A DNA stretch of 64,000 nt. Source: Eubacteriales bacterium. Lineage in GTDB: Bacteria; Bacillota; Clostridia; Oscillospirales; CAG-272. The stretch spans positions 33-64,032 of the forward strand of contig JAZSET010000028.1 of assembly GCA_045531795.1 (NCBI GenBank), written 5' to 3'. Positions 17,997-28,741 of this stretch are shown here, in pieces. Position numbers and translations under genes: made by a program. How positions within the stretch are numbered: position 1 is the stretch's first letter; every line of letters begins with the position of its first letter. The notes beneath the pieces were generated by a model. That model was given only the letters and a program-made list of their open reading frames with translations. It searched no databases and was not told the DNA's origin.

Positions 17997-19244
17997 TTAT
18001 TTAACGTTAAGTACGCGCTCTGCTGCAGCTAAAATACCAAGCTTTCCTGCTTCAAATGTAAGTCCGCCCTGCATATATACAGGATAAGGAGCTTTTACAG
18101 GAGCATCAGCCGATAATTCAATGGAGGAGCCTGAGGTAAATGCGCCTGCCGCCATAATAACCTTATCGGCATATCCGGGCATATCCCAGGGCATCGGAGC
18201 AACGAAGGAGTCAACGGGAGACGCACTCTGTATGCCACCGCAGAAAGCAATAAGCTTTTCTTCGCTTCCGAGTCTTACAATTTGGATTATATCACTGCGC
18301 TTTTGTGTATACGAGGGTTCGCATTCATAACCGAGCGATTCGAATACATAAGCGGCATAATGTGCAGTTTTTATAGCCTGTGCAACAATGTGAGGAGCCA
18401 TAAAGAAGCCCTTGTACATATTCTTAGTGTTGCCAAGAGTAGCACCGCACTCAAGACCGATTCCGACGCAGGACCATCTGTATGCTGCAAGCTCAACGGC
18501 GCGTGCAGTACCTGCTATGTATCCTCCGCTTTCTGCCATTCCGCCTCCGGGATTTTTGATAAGTGAGCCGATTATCATATCTGCACCAACACTTGTAGGC
18601 TCTCTGTCTTCAACAAATTCACCGTAGCAGTTGTCAACAACAACATAAGCATCTGATAAAGACTTTGAAAGCTTAACAATTTCACCAATCTGTGAAACTG
18701 TAAGGGTAGGTCTTATCATATATCCTTTTGAGCGCTGAATAAATACAACCTTTACCTTTTTGCCGTATTTCTTTAATGCGTTTTCAATTCCCTCAAAGTC
18801 AATGTCGCCGTTCTCTTTAAGGGTTACTTCCTTGTATTCGATTCCGAAATCTGCAAGTGAGCCGTTACCAGATTCTCCTCTGAGACCGATTACCTCCTCA
18901 AGAGTATCGTAAGGTTTGCCTGTTACGGAAAGCATAATGTCGCCCGGTCTGAGAAGGGAAGTAAGACCGATAGAGAGCGCATGAGTGCCGTTTACGATGT
19001 TGTGGCGTACAAATGCTGCCTCTGCATCAAAAACTTTTGCATAAATCCTGTCAAGCGTATCTCTGCCCTTGTCATCGTAGCCGTAACCGCTTGTAGGCGC
19101 AAAATGCGATTCGCTTACTTTGAATTCCCTGAATGCATCCATTACTTTTACTGTGTTTTTGAAAGAAATGTTGTCTATTTCAGCAAAAATGTCCGCAAGT
19201 GCCACATTTGACTGCGCGTCAATTTTTTCAAGAATATTGTTCAT
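17997..19244 (-). CDS. YnbB/aluminium-resistance-family PLP-dependent enzyme (methionine gamma-lyase-like)
   Basis: 415 aa with family-typical segments (TSGYGYDDKGRDTLDRIYAKVF, LIKNPGGG). Confidence 0.8.
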   Translation of the reverse strand: MNNILEKIDAQSNVALADIFAEIDNISFKNTVKVMDAFREFKVSESHFAPTSGYGYDDKGRDTLDRIYAKVFDAEAAFVRHNIVNGTHALSIGLTSLLRPGDIMLSVTGKPYDTLEEVIGLRGESGNGSLADFGIEYKEVTLKENGDIDFEGIENALKKYGKKVKVVFIQRSKGYMIRPTLTVSQIGEIVKLSKSLSDAYVVVDNCYGEFVEDREPTSVGADMIIGSLIKNPGGGMAESGGYIAGTARAVELAAYRWSCVGIGLECGATLGNTKNMYKGFFMAPHIVAQAIKTAHYAAYVFESLGYECEPSYTQKRSDIIQIVRLGSEEKLIAFCGGIQSASPVDSFVAPMPWDMPGYADKVIMAAGAFTSGSSIELSADAPVKAPYPVYMQGGLTFEAGKLGILAAAERVLNVK

Positions 19245-19647
19245 TTTAATTCTCCTGTTTATTTCTCATTGCAATAAAACTATATAATAATTACTTTCTT
19301 TATAGTATATCATATTGAAATTGGTTTTGCAAGAATCAACAACAAAGATTGGCAAAAAAATAATGTAATAAAAACAAATATGCGAAACATAATAATACCA
19401 CGACGATAAAAGTTCACAAAAGATGCTTAAAAAGTTTTATTGTTTGGCACAAAAAGCAAAGAATCAATAAAAATTGGCAGTAATAAAAGGACAACTCCGG
19501 TTAACAATAATAGCAGAGTCAAAAAGGCTCTGATTTAGCAGGCCGGTGCGCAATGCGACCGATGAAAATTTGTCGGAGAGCTTGATGCAAGGGTCGATAA
19601 AATAGATAAAAATAATAAAAAGAAACTAATTATTAAGGAGAAAAACA

Positions 19648-19848
19648 ATGGCTACAAATAAGGCACTTGTTCCTGAAGCAAAGGAAGCACTTGAAAAGTT
19701 TAAGATGGAAGCAGCAGGTGAGGTTGGTGTAACACTCAAGCAGGGTTACAACGGTGACCTCACATCTCGTCAGGCCGGATCTATTGGCGGTCAGATGGTT
19801 AAGAAGATGATCGAAAAGTACGAAAACGATATTAAGAACAGCAAATAA
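19648..19848 (+). CDS. Alpha/beta-type small acid-soluble spore protein
   Basis: 66 aa with KFKMEAAGEVGV...LTSRQAGSIGGQMVKKMIE and a strong RBS (AAGGAGA). Confidence 0.9.
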   Translation: MATNKALVPEAKEALEKFKMEAAGEVGVTLKQGYNGDLTSRQAGSIGGQMVKKMIEKYENDIKNSK

Positions 19849-19960
19849 GTAAGCTTTCAGTGTTACCGCCGTAATAACGGCGGAAACTTTGTTTTTGAGA
19901 GTATAAATACCTTTTTGAAATCATATTGTTTATTGAATATTGATTTTCGAGGTGATTATA

Positions 19961-20230
19961 TTGAAGGATTACATAAACAAACGGGTAATTACTCTTGCTG
20001 AGTATATTCTGGAAAACAGAGCAACTGTGCGCAGTGCCGCCAAAAGTTTTGGGATATCAAAATCAACCGTACACAAGGATGTCAGCGAGCGGCTTAAAAG
20101 ATTAGACAGACCCTTGTATGAGGAGCTTAAAAAGCTTCTTGAGATTAACAAAGCGCAGAGACACATAAGAGGCGGAGAGGCGACAAGACAAAAATATGCC
20201 ACTATGAATTTGCATAAAATCAAGGGCTGA
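19961..20230 (+). CDS. spoIIID: Stage III sporulation transcriptional regulator SpoIIID
   Basis: ATVRSAAKSFGISKSTVHKDV...RHIRGGEATRQKY. A TTG start at 19961 follows GAGGTGA; the track start at 19940 is less likely. Confidence 0.9.
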   Translation: MKDYINKRVITLAEYILENRATVRSAAKSFGISKSTVHKDVSERLKRLDRPLYEELKKLLEINKAQRHIRGGEATRQKYATMNLHKIKG

Positions 20231-20499
20231 TATTTGTGCCAAATCAATAAAACGGCAAAGCCGGATTTTGAAAGAAAAGAGAGATTGGTTGTAACAATTA
20301 ACAGTATTGTAAAAGTCTGTTTAGCAAATATTACCAAAAAGTGTTATTAAATTCTGGTATTTTGAAAAAACCCTTTACTTTGTGGCTTAAATGTTATATA
20401 ATACTATTGAAACATAATGATAAATGGCTATCCCGGCATCGGTTTTTTGTACATAGTGCAAATACCTTTTGTTGAAAATGACTAAAGCGGAGTATTGAA

Positions 20500-22317
20500 A
20501 TGGTATCCCCTTATCTTGATTTAAGCACTCTTGATATAGAAAAAGAATTAAAAAGATACTTTGGTTACGACAGCTTCAGAGAGGGGCAGAAGGAAGTAAT
20601 AAGGTCGGTGCTTGCCGGAAACGATACTATGGCAGTAATGCCGACAGGTTCGGGCAAATCTATTTGTTATCAATTGCCGGCATTGATTTTTTCGGGGATA
20701 ACACTTGTTGTTTCGCCATTGATTTCTTTGATGAGAGACCAGGTTGCTGCTCTTGGGGCGGCGGGGATCAAGGCGGCTTACATAAACAGCACACTTAGTT
20801 CAAAGCAATGCTCTCAGGTGTTTTCCAATGCTTCACGCGGTATGTACAAAATCATTTATGTTGCTCCCGAAAGACTTAACACGATGTCTTTTCTGGGTTT
20901 TGCGCAAAAGGTGGACATTTCGTTTATAGCAATAGACGAGGCTCACTGTGTCTCACAGTGGGGACATGATTTCAGACAAAGTTATCTGCTGATCAAGGAT
21001 TTTGTAAAACAGTTGTCATCAAGGCCTGTTGTATGCGCATTAACGGCTACCGCGACCGTGCAGGTGAAAGAAGATATAAGCAAACTGCTTGAACTTCAGA
21101 ATCCTGCAGTGTTCACTACGGGCTACGACAGACCGGGGTTATATTTCGGTATAACTTCACCGGAGAACAAACTTTCCTATATACTTGATTTTATAAGACG
21201 CAGACCCGGCAAAGCCGGGATTATATATTGCGCCACAAGGAAAACCACGAATATTCTGTATACGGAGCTTGTGTCAAATGGAGTCAGTGCCGTTAAGTAC
21301 CATGCAGGACTTACAGAGGTTGAAAGAAGCAAGGCGCAGGATGATTTTATTTATGACCGGTGTCGTGTTATTGTTGCGACAAACGCATTCGGCATGGGAA
21401 TAGACAAGTCGAATGTTGCGTTTGTTATTCACTATAATATGCCTGCAAGTTTAGAGGCGTATTATCAGGAAGCAGGCAGGGCGGGCCGTGACGGCTCGGA
21501 TGCTGAATGTGTGCTTTTGTATTCATACGGTGATGTCAGACTAGCTCGTTATCTAATAGATATGCCGTCTCATTCAGACGGAGAAGAAACAAATCACGAG
21601 GAAGCGCTGAAAATTCGTGAAATTAACAGAAAAAAGCTTGACAGGATGGTTTCCTTTTGCAAGGCTTCAAGTTGCCTCAGGGCAAATATTTTGTCCTATT
21701 TCGGTGAAAACTACGGTAAGGATAACTGTGCCAAATGCTCATACTGCCTGAGGAAGAATACGGCCGTAACTATTGATTCAACCGAGCTGATAGTCGGCAA
21801 TCTCGTGTTAAAAACGGGCGGCAGATATGGGAAAAATGCAGTAATAGACCTGCTTGCGGGGCGGATGACCGAAAAACTTGCAGGGCGAGGGTATGACAGA
21901 CTTTTTGAATTCGGTGCATTAAGACTGAACGACAAAAAGTCGATAAGAAGAATAATTGATGATATGATAGAGCACGGACTTTTGTATACTACCGACGGCG
22001 ACTATCCGCTTTTAAAGGTAAGTGAAAAGTTTATTTGTGAAAGCGCAGACAAAAAGCCCGAAGTCGGTGTTCTGCACGTGCCAAAGACTGTAAAGGCGGA
22101 TATTATTCTCATAAACGAACTTAAAAAATGGAGAAAAGAGCTTGCACAAAAGCTCGGTGTTCCGCCATACGTTATTTTGACCGATATGACCCTTAACATC
22201 ATAGCCATAGAAAAGCCTGCCGACGACAGAGAGCTTCTGAGGATTAAGGGTATTTCTGAAAAGAAAGCAGAAAAATACGGAAGAAGTATTATTTCAATAG
22301 TGAAAAAGTATAAATAA
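20500..22317 (+). CDS. recQ: ATP-dependent DNA helicase RecQ
   Basis: MPTGSGKS, AIDEAHCVSQWGHDFR, a Zn-binding Cys cluster and a C-terminal HRDC-like region. Confidence 0.92.
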   Translation: MVSPYLDLSTLDIEKELKRYFGYDSFREGQKEVIRSVLAGNDTMAVMPTGSGKSICYQLPALIFSGITLVVSPLISLMRDQVAALGAAGIKAAYINSTLSSKQCSQVFSNASRGMYKIIYVAPERLNTMSFLGFAQKVDISFIAIDEAHCVSQWGHDFRQSYLLIKDFVKQLSSRPVVCALTATATVQVKEDISKLLELQNPAVFTTGYDRPGLYFGITSPENKLSYILDFIRRRPGKAGIIYCATRKTTNILYTELVSNGVSAVKYHAGLTEVERSKAQDDFIYDRCRVIVATNAFGMGIDKSNVAFVIHYNMPASLEAYYQEAGRAGRDGSDAECVLLYSYGDVRLARYLIDMPSHSDGEETNHEEALKIREINRKKLDRMVSFCKASSCLRANILSYFGENYGKDNCAKCSYCLRKNTAVTIDSTELIVGNLVLKTGGRYGKNAVIDLLAGRMTEKLAGRGYDRLFEFGALRLNDKKSIRRIIDDMIEHGLLYTTDGDYPLLKVSEKFICESADKKPEVGVLHVPKTVKADIILINELKKWRKELAQKLGVPPYVILTDMTLNIIAIEKPADDRELLRIKGISEKKAEKYGRSIISIVKKYK

Positions 22318-22357
22318 TAGCCATAGGCAAAAAATATAATGTTACGGAGGTGTAACT

Positions 22358-23563
22358 ATGTATAAGAAAAAAGAATGTATCGCCATGCTGCTTGCAGGCG
22401 GACAGGGAAGCAGACTTTATACGCTGACAGAGAAAACGGCAAAGCCTGCAATACCCTTTGGAGGTAAATATCGCATTATAGACTTTACCTTGTCAAACTG
22501 CGTGAATTCGGGTATTGATACAGTCGGTGTGCTTACACAGTACCAGCCGCTGGTACTTAATGAATACATAGGTAATGGTCAGCCATGGGACCTTGACCGT
22601 ACCTTTGGAGGGGTAATGGTGCTTCCGCCCTATCAGAAAAGCAAGTCCGCAGACTGGTATAAGGGTACTGCAAATGCAATATACCAGAATCTGAACTTTA
22701 TAAACAGATATGACCCTGATTATGTTGTGATTTTATCGGGCGACCATATCTACAAAATGGATTACAGTGCAATGCTTGATTATCACAAGCAAAAGAATGC
22801 AGACTGTACTATAGCCGTATTAAATGTGCCTCTTGAAGAAGCGAGCAGATTCGGAATAATGAACTGCAAAGAGGACGGCGAAATATTTGAATTTGAAGAA
22901 AAGCCTGCAAAGCCAAAAAGCACAAAGGCATCAATGGGCATATATATATTCAACCGTGATGTTCTTGAAAAGTATCTCATAGAAGATGAAGCAAATCCCG
23001 AGTCTTCAAACGATTTCGGAAAGAATATCATTCCTGCAATGCTTGACGGCGGAAAATCGCTCTATGCATATGATTTCTCGGGTTACTGGAAAGATGTAGG
23101 AACAATACCGAGTCTGTGGGAAGCACATATGGATCTGCTTGGAGAAGAGCCGATATTCAATATTCACGACAGGAACCGCAGAATCTTCTCAAGAAGCGAA
23201 TCGAGACCTCCGCATTATATCGGAGATGGAGCTGTCCTTACAAATTCTCTCATAAGCGAGGGCTGCGAGGTTTACGGCACGGTAGAAAATTCGGTATTGT
23301 TTGGCGGAGTATATGTAGCACCGGGAGCAGTTGTAAAGGATTCAGTAATAATGAATGATACGCAGGTGCTTGAAAATGCAGAGGTTTGTTACTGTATTGT
23401 TGACGGAGACACCGTAATCGGCAAAAATGTCAAGCTCGGACAGGGACAGACAAAGGACAACTTTGAGATAACCCTTATCGGCGGTGAGCTTAATATACAG
23501 GAAAAAGATAAAATACCCGCAGGTTCAATGGTAAATGAAGCCTTTCTGGCAAAAAATAAATAG
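22358..23563 (+). CDS. glgC: Glucose-1-phosphate adenylyltransferase catalytic subunit
   Basis: [42 protein letters not shown]. Confidence 0.95.
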   Translation: MYKKKECIAMLLAGGQGSRLYTLTEKTAKPAIPFGGKYRIIDFTLSNCVNSGIDTVGVLTQYQPLVLNEYIGNGQPWDLDRTFGGVMVLPPYQKSKSADWYKGTANAIYQNLNFINRYDPDYVVILSGDHIYKMDYSAMLDYHKQKNADCTIAVLNVPLEEASRFGIMNCKEDGEIFEFEEKPAKPKSTKASMGIYIFNRDVLEKYLIEDEANPESSNDFGKNIIPAMLDGGKSLYAYDFSGYWKDVGTIPSLWEAHMDLLGEEPIFNIHDRNRRIFSRSESRPPHYIGDGAVLTNSLISEGCEVYGTVENSVLFGGVYVAPGAVVKDSVIMNDTQVLENAEVCYCIVDGDTVIGKNVKLGQGQTKDNFEITLIGGELNIQEKDKIPAGSMVNEAFLAKNK

Positions 23564-23589
23564 AAAAAGGATAGAAAGGAGAAAAGGTA

Positions 23590-24729
23590 ATGGCAACGGT
23601 TAACGGTATAATTTTTTCAAATATTCACGATAAAACCATTCCCGAGCTTACACGTAAGCGCACAATGGCAAGTATACCATTTGGAGCAAAATACAGGCTT
23701 ATAGATTTTACTCTTTCCAATATGGTAAATTCGGGAATAACAAACGTGAGTGTTATAACTCACTATAACTACCAGTCGCTTATTGACCACATTGGTTCGG
23801 GTAAGGACTGGGATCTTGCACGTCGCAAAGGCGGTATTAAAATACTAACACCGTATATAACATCATTTGCGAATGCAACAAATACTCTATACAGCACGAG
23901 GCTGGAGGCACTTATGAGTATTAACTACTCACTGTCCCGTTTCGATTCGGACATAATAGTTTTCTCTGACTGTGATGTTATATGTAATATTGACCTTAAC
24001 GATATGATAAATGACCACATAAACAGTGGCGCAGATATAACTTTTGCCGTAAAAAAGGTTGAACTTGATGAAAAAGAAGCGGCAAAGAATATAATTATGT
24101 ATTCCGATGAAAGCGGAAAACTGGTAGAGACGGTAGCATATCCGCAGACAGGTGTGAGCGGAAGTCTTGATATGGATTTGAACATTTTTGTTGCTGACAG
24201 ACGCTATATACAGAATCTTGTAAACGATGCGATTGCTCACGGATACAAGAGTTTCAGCCGCGATATTCTCGGAATCGGAGTTGAGAAACGCAACTTCAGA
24301 ACATACAGCTACGACGGTTATTTTGCAAAAATAACCTCACTTGCATCTTTCTTCTCTCACAATATGAAATTGCTTGAAGCACCCGAAATACGCGATGAAC
24401 TTTTCGGTCAGAAAAAGAGACCTGTATATACAAAGGTCAGAAATTCGGCTCCTACAAAGTACGGAAGCAACTCTGTTGTTAAAAATTCGCTTATTGCTGA
24501 CGGTTGTGTAATAGAGGGAACTGTAGAAAACTCGATATTATTCAGAGATGTAAAGGTCGGAGCTAATACAACTATAAAAAACTCGATTCTTTTCCAGGAC
24601 ACAGTAACGGGTGAAAATGTATTTTTAAACTGCGTTATAGCGGACAAGAATGTTGTAATAAGAGATGACAGAATATTGTCGGGACACGAGTCACTTCCTT
24701 TCTTCATTGAAAAGGGAAAAATGATTTAA
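23590..24729 (+). CDS. glgD: Glucose-1-phosphate adenylyltransferase regulatory subunit GlgD
   Basis: A GlgC paralog (ASIPFGAKYRLIDFTLSNMVNSG) lacking the GGxGxRL motif, in the canonical position after glgC. Confidence 0.9.
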   Translation: MATVNGIIFSNIHDKTIPELTRKRTMASIPFGAKYRLIDFTLSNMVNSGITNVSVITHYNYQSLIDHIGSGKDWDLARRKGGIKILTPYITSFANATNTLYSTRLEALMSINYSLSRFDSDIIVFSDCDVICNIDLNDMINDHINSGADITFAVKKVELDEKEAAKNIIMYSDESGKLVETVAYPQTGVSGSLDMDLNIFVADRRYIQNLVNDAIAHGYKSFSRDILGIGVEKRNFRTYSYDGYFAKITSLASFFSHNMKLLEAPEIRDELFGQKKRPVYTKVRNSAPTKYGSNSVVKNSLIADGCVIEGTVENSILFRDVKVGANTTIKNSILFQDTVTGENVFLNCVIADKNVVIRDDRILSGHESLPFFIEKGKMI

Positions 24730-24757
24730 GCGCATAATTGTAAGAAAGGACTAAAAA

Positions 24758-26206
24758 ATGTCAGAAAACAAGGTTAATAAAATATTATTTGTAGGCAGTG
24801 AGGCAACTCCGTTTGCAGCCACAGGCGGACTTGGAGATGTTCTGGGCTCACTTCCCGCAGCCCTTAAAAAGGCAGGCGGAGAGGGTCTTGACATTCGTGT
24901 AGTCATACCGCTTTACACAAGTATTTCTGATGAAATACGCAAGGACTTTGAAAAGGTTTGCGAGTTTACAGTAAATCTTTCCTGGAGACAGCAGTACTGC
25001 GGAGTCTATAAATATGACAAAGACGGAGTGACTTACTACTTCATAGATAACGAATATTATTTCAAGCGTTCGCTTATGTACGGAAGCTTTGATGATGGCG
25101 AAAGATATGCGTATTTTTGCAAAGCCGTGCTTGAAATGATGCCGCATATCGGATATTTTCCGGATGTTCTTCACGCCCACGACTGGCAGTCCGCACTTTC
25201 GGTAATATATCTCAAACGCAAATACAGATATTTCAAGGAATATTCTGAAATAAAGACTGTTTACACTATTCACAATATCGAATACCAGGGTATTTACGGC
25301 TTTGAAATACTGTCTGATGTATTCTGCCTCGATTCCTGGGACAGATATATTGTGGAATACGACGGATGCATCAATTTAACAAAGGGTGCAATTGTTTGCT
25401 GCGATAAGCTTACAACAGTAAGCCCTAACTATGCAAACGAAATACAGACAGAGTATTATTCTCACGGACTTCATTATATTCTTGCAATGAACCGTGATAA
25501 GATTACGGGAATAGTTAACGGAATTGACTATGACTATTATAATCCCGAAACGGATCCTGAAATAAGACGGCATTTTTCTGCAGACAATCAGATTCAGAAA
25601 GCCGTTGACAAGACAGAGCTTCAGGGAATATTCGGTTTGCCAGAAAGAAAAGATGTCCCTTTAATTGCGATGATTTCAAGACTTGCATCCCACAAGGGCT
25701 TTGACCTTGTAAAGAGAATGCTTGAGGAGATTGTTACATATCTTGATGTGCAGTTTGTGCTTTTGGGCACGGGCGAAACCGAGCTTGAGGACTATTTCTC
25801 ATATATGGCGGCAAAATACCCCGACAGAATCGGAGTAAAGCTTGCATTTAACAAGAGCCTTGCAAAACAGATATATGCAGGAGCTGACATATTCCTTATG
25901 CCATCAAAGAGTGAGCCGTGCGGTCTTGCACAGATGATAGCTTCCCGTTACGGCACGGTTGCTGTTGTAAGGGAAACAGGCGGACTCTATGATACAATAA
26001 AGCCGTATAATCCCGAAGACAAAACGGGCAACGGAATAACATTCAACACATATAATGCTCACGATATGTACGACGCAGTAAAGCGTGCAACAGAGCTTTA
26101 TAAAAACAAGAGACAGTGGAAAGCACTTCGCACAAATGCCATGAATACAGATTTTTCGTGGAATTCTTCGGCAGAAAAATATTTGGAAATGTATAATAAT
26201 CTTTAA
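24758..26206 (+). CDS. glgA: Glycogen synthase (ADP-glucose type)
   Basis: ILFVGSEATPFAATGGLGDV...HAHDWQ...PSKSEPCGL. Confidence 0.95.
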   Translation: MSENKVNKILFVGSEATPFAATGGLGDVLGSLPAALKKAGGEGLDIRVVIPLYTSISDEIRKDFEKVCEFTVNLSWRQQYCGVYKYDKDGVTYYFIDNEYYFKRSLMYGSFDDGERYAYFCKAVLEMMPHIGYFPDVLHAHDWQSALSVIYLKRKYRYFKEYSEIKTVYTIHNIEYQGIYGFEILSDVFCLDSWDRYIVEYDGCINLTKGAIVCCDKLTTVSPNYANEIQTEYYSHGLHYILAMNRDKITGIVNGIDYDYYNPETDPEIRRHFSADNQIQKAVDKTELQGIFGLPERKDVPLIAMISRLASHKGFDLVKRMLEEIVTYLDVQFVLLGTGETELEDYFSYMAAKYPDRIGVKLAFNKSLAKQIYAGADIFLMPSKSEPCGLAQMIASRYGTVAVVRETGGLYDTIKPYNPEDKTGNGITFNTYNAHDMYDAVKRATELYKNKRQWKALRTNAMNTDFSWNSSAEKYLEMYNNL

Positions 26207-26230
26207 TCTCAGATAGTTACACAAGGAAAG

Positions 26231-28684
26231 TTGGAACAGAAAGTGAACAAAAAAACGGCAAAAAGCGAAATAAAAGAGGCAATAGAAAGTAAACTTGCAA
26301 GATACTATTCAACAACACCCGAGGAAGCAAGCGAACTTCAGATGTACAAAGCGGTATCCCTTTGCGTAAAGGATACGTTAACAAAAAAAGCAAGTGAATT
26401 CAAATCACAGTACAAAATGCTTCAACAGAAGAAGCTTTATTATCTGTGTATGGAATTTCTTGTAGGCAGACAGCTGCGTAATAATTTAAGAAACCTCGGA
26501 ATAGCGGAAATTTACGGAGAGGTGCTTTCGGAATTCGGTTTTGATATTGATAAAATCTATTCCTGCGAGCCAGATCCGGGACTTGGAAACGGAGGACTTG
26601 GCAGACTTGCGGCTTGTTTTATGGATTCGCTCACGACACTTGATTACCACGCAACAGGCTTTTCGCTTTGTTATGAATACGGTCTTTTCAAGCAGAGAAT
26701 AATTGACGGAGAGCAGATTGAATTGCCGGATGTCTGGATGCCCGACGGAGACGTCTGGCTTGTTCCGAGACAGGACAAAAAGTTTACTGTAAAATTTGGC
26801 GGACACGTAAGCGAAAGATGGGTTGACGGAAAACTTGAGCTTATTTATGAGGATCAGGAAGAGCTTCAGGCTGTACCTTACGATATGATGATATCGGGTG
26901 CGGACAGTAAAGCGGTAAACAAGTTAAGGCTTTTCAAGGCCCGCCCCGTACAGAACTTTGATATGGGACTCTTCTCCCAGGGACAGTACATAAAGGCGAT
27001 GGAGGACAGCAATAATGCGGATATTATATCCAAAGTGCTTTATCCGTCGGATAATCACGTTGAGGGAAAGTTCTTAAGACTCAGTCAGCAGTATTTCCTT
27101 GTGTCTGCATCCCTGCAGAGCATAATCAGTGACCACCTTGCCGCGTACGGCACACTTTCAAATCTTGCGGATAAGGTAGCAATTCACATAAACGATACAC
27201 ACCCGGCACTCGTAATACCCGAAATGATGAGAGTGCTTATAGATACTTATTCTTACAAGTGGGAGGATGCCTGGGAAACCGTCAGAAAGACCGTGACTTA
27301 TACCAATCATACGGTTATGCCCGAGGCGCTTGAAGTGTGGCCTGAGGACCTTCTTCGTGTCAAGCTTCCCAGAATTCACACGATTGTCTGCGAAATCAAC
27401 CGCAGATTCTGTGCAGACCTCTGGAACAAGTATACAGGTGACTGGGACAGAATATCAAGAATGTCTATAATGGCATCATCTCAGGTGAGAATGGCAAACC
27501 TCAGTATTGTAGGCTCAAATAAGGTAAACGGAGTTTCAAAACTTCACACCGAGATACTCAAGAGTACGGTTTTCCACGATTTTTACAAGCACGATCCCGA
27601 AATGTTTGTAAATGTTACAAACGGTATAGCACATCGCAGATGGCTTTGCTATGCAAACCCGAGACTTGCGTCTCTTCTTGATGAGTGCATCGGAGACTCA
27701 TACAGAAAGTCTCCCGAAAAGCTTGCTGATTTTTCAAAGTTTTACGGAGATAAGGCCGTTTATGAAAAGCTTGAAAAAATCAAGCGGGAAAACAAAGCGG
27801 CGTTCTCAATGTATCTGCAGAACAAAACAGGCATAAAGCTTAATCCCGATTCAGTCTTTGATGTTCAGGTTAAGCGTATGCATGAGTACAAGAGACAGCT
27901 TCTCAATGCAATTAAAATTATAAGCATTTATAATGAATTGCTTGAAAATCCCGACAAGGATATAAGACCTCAGACCTTTATTTTCGGCGCAAAGGCTGCT
28001 CCGGGGTATTATATGGCTAAAAATATAATCAAGCTTATATACAATATCGGTCAGGAGATAGAAAAGAATCCGAAAATAAGAGAAAAAATCAAGGTTGTAT
28101 TTTTAGAGGATTACAATGTTAGCCTTGCAGAAATACTTATTCCTTCTGCTGACATAAGCGAGCAGATTTCCCTTGCGGGCAAGGAAGCAAGCGGAACGGG
28201 AAATATGAAGCTTATGATAAACGGCGCAGTAACGCTCGGAACTCTTGACGGCGCGAATGTTGAAATAAGCGAGGCTGTTGGCAAGGACAATATTTATATA
28301 TTCGGCCTCACAACAGAAGAGGTTGAGGACCTATGGAAGAGGGGATACCGTTCTGTTGAATTCTATAACAACAGTTCTGCACTCCGTGCAGCTGTTGACA
28401 GAATGGGAGCAGGTTTTAACGGCGTAAGCTTTGATAATATGAAAAATTATCTTATATATGCACAGCCTGTTTCGGACCCATATATGTGTCTTGCTGATTT
28501 TGATTCCTACAAGAAGGCACACGACCGGCTTATAAGTGATTATGCTGACCGCGACAAGTGGCTTGGTATGTCGCTTACAAATATCGCTTCTGCGGGAGTA
28601 TTCTCATCTGACAGAAGCATTGGCGAATATGCACGCAACATATGGCATATAGAGCCTGCAAATTTCAAAAAGAACAAAAAGTAA
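26231..28684 (+). CDS. glgP: Glycogen/maltodextrin phosphorylase
   Basis: PLP site EASGTGNMKLMINGA and 817 aa. A TTG start follows AAGGAAAG. Confidence 0.95.
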   Translation: MEQKVNKKTAKSEIKEAIESKLARYYSTTPEEASELQMYKAVSLCVKDTLTKKASEFKSQYKMLQQKKLYYLCMEFLVGRQLRNNLRNLGIAEIYGEVLSEFGFDIDKIYSCEPDPGLGNGGLGRLAACFMDSLTTLDYHATGFSLCYEYGLFKQRIIDGEQIELPDVWMPDGDVWLVPRQDKKFTVKFGGHVSERWVDGKLELIYEDQEELQAVPYDMMISGADSKAVNKLRLFKARPVQNFDMGLFSQGQYIKAMEDSNNADIISKVLYPSDNHVEGKFLRLSQQYFLVSASLQSIISDHLAAYGTLSNLADKVAIHINDTHPALVIPEMMRVLIDTYSYKWEDAWETVRKTVTYTNHTVMPEALEVWPEDLLRVKLPRIHTIVCEINRRFCADLWNKYTGDWDRISRMSIMASSQVRMANLSIVGSNKVNGVSKLHTEILKSTVFHDFYKHDPEMFVNVTNGIAHRRWLCYANPRLASLLDECIGDSYRKSPEKLADFSKFYGDKAVYEKLEKIKRENKAAFSMYLQNKTGIKLNPDSVFDVQVKRMHEYKRQLLNAIKIISIYNELLENPDKDIRPQTFIFGAKAAPGYYMAKNIIKLIYNIGQEIEKNPKIREKIKVVFLEDYNVSLAEILIPSADISEQISLAGKEASGTGNMKLMINGAVTLGTLDGANVEISEAVGKDNIYIFGLTTEEVEDLWKRGYRSVEFYNNSSALRAAVDRMGAGFNGVSFDNMKNYLIYAQPVSDPYMCLADFDSYKKAHDRLISDYADRDKWLGMSLTNIASAGVFSSDRSIGEYARNIWHIEPANFKKNKK

Positions 28685-28741
28685 AACAGCACGGCGGCAG
28701 AGTTTATGTAACTCTGCCGTAAGCTTGATTATGGAGATATT

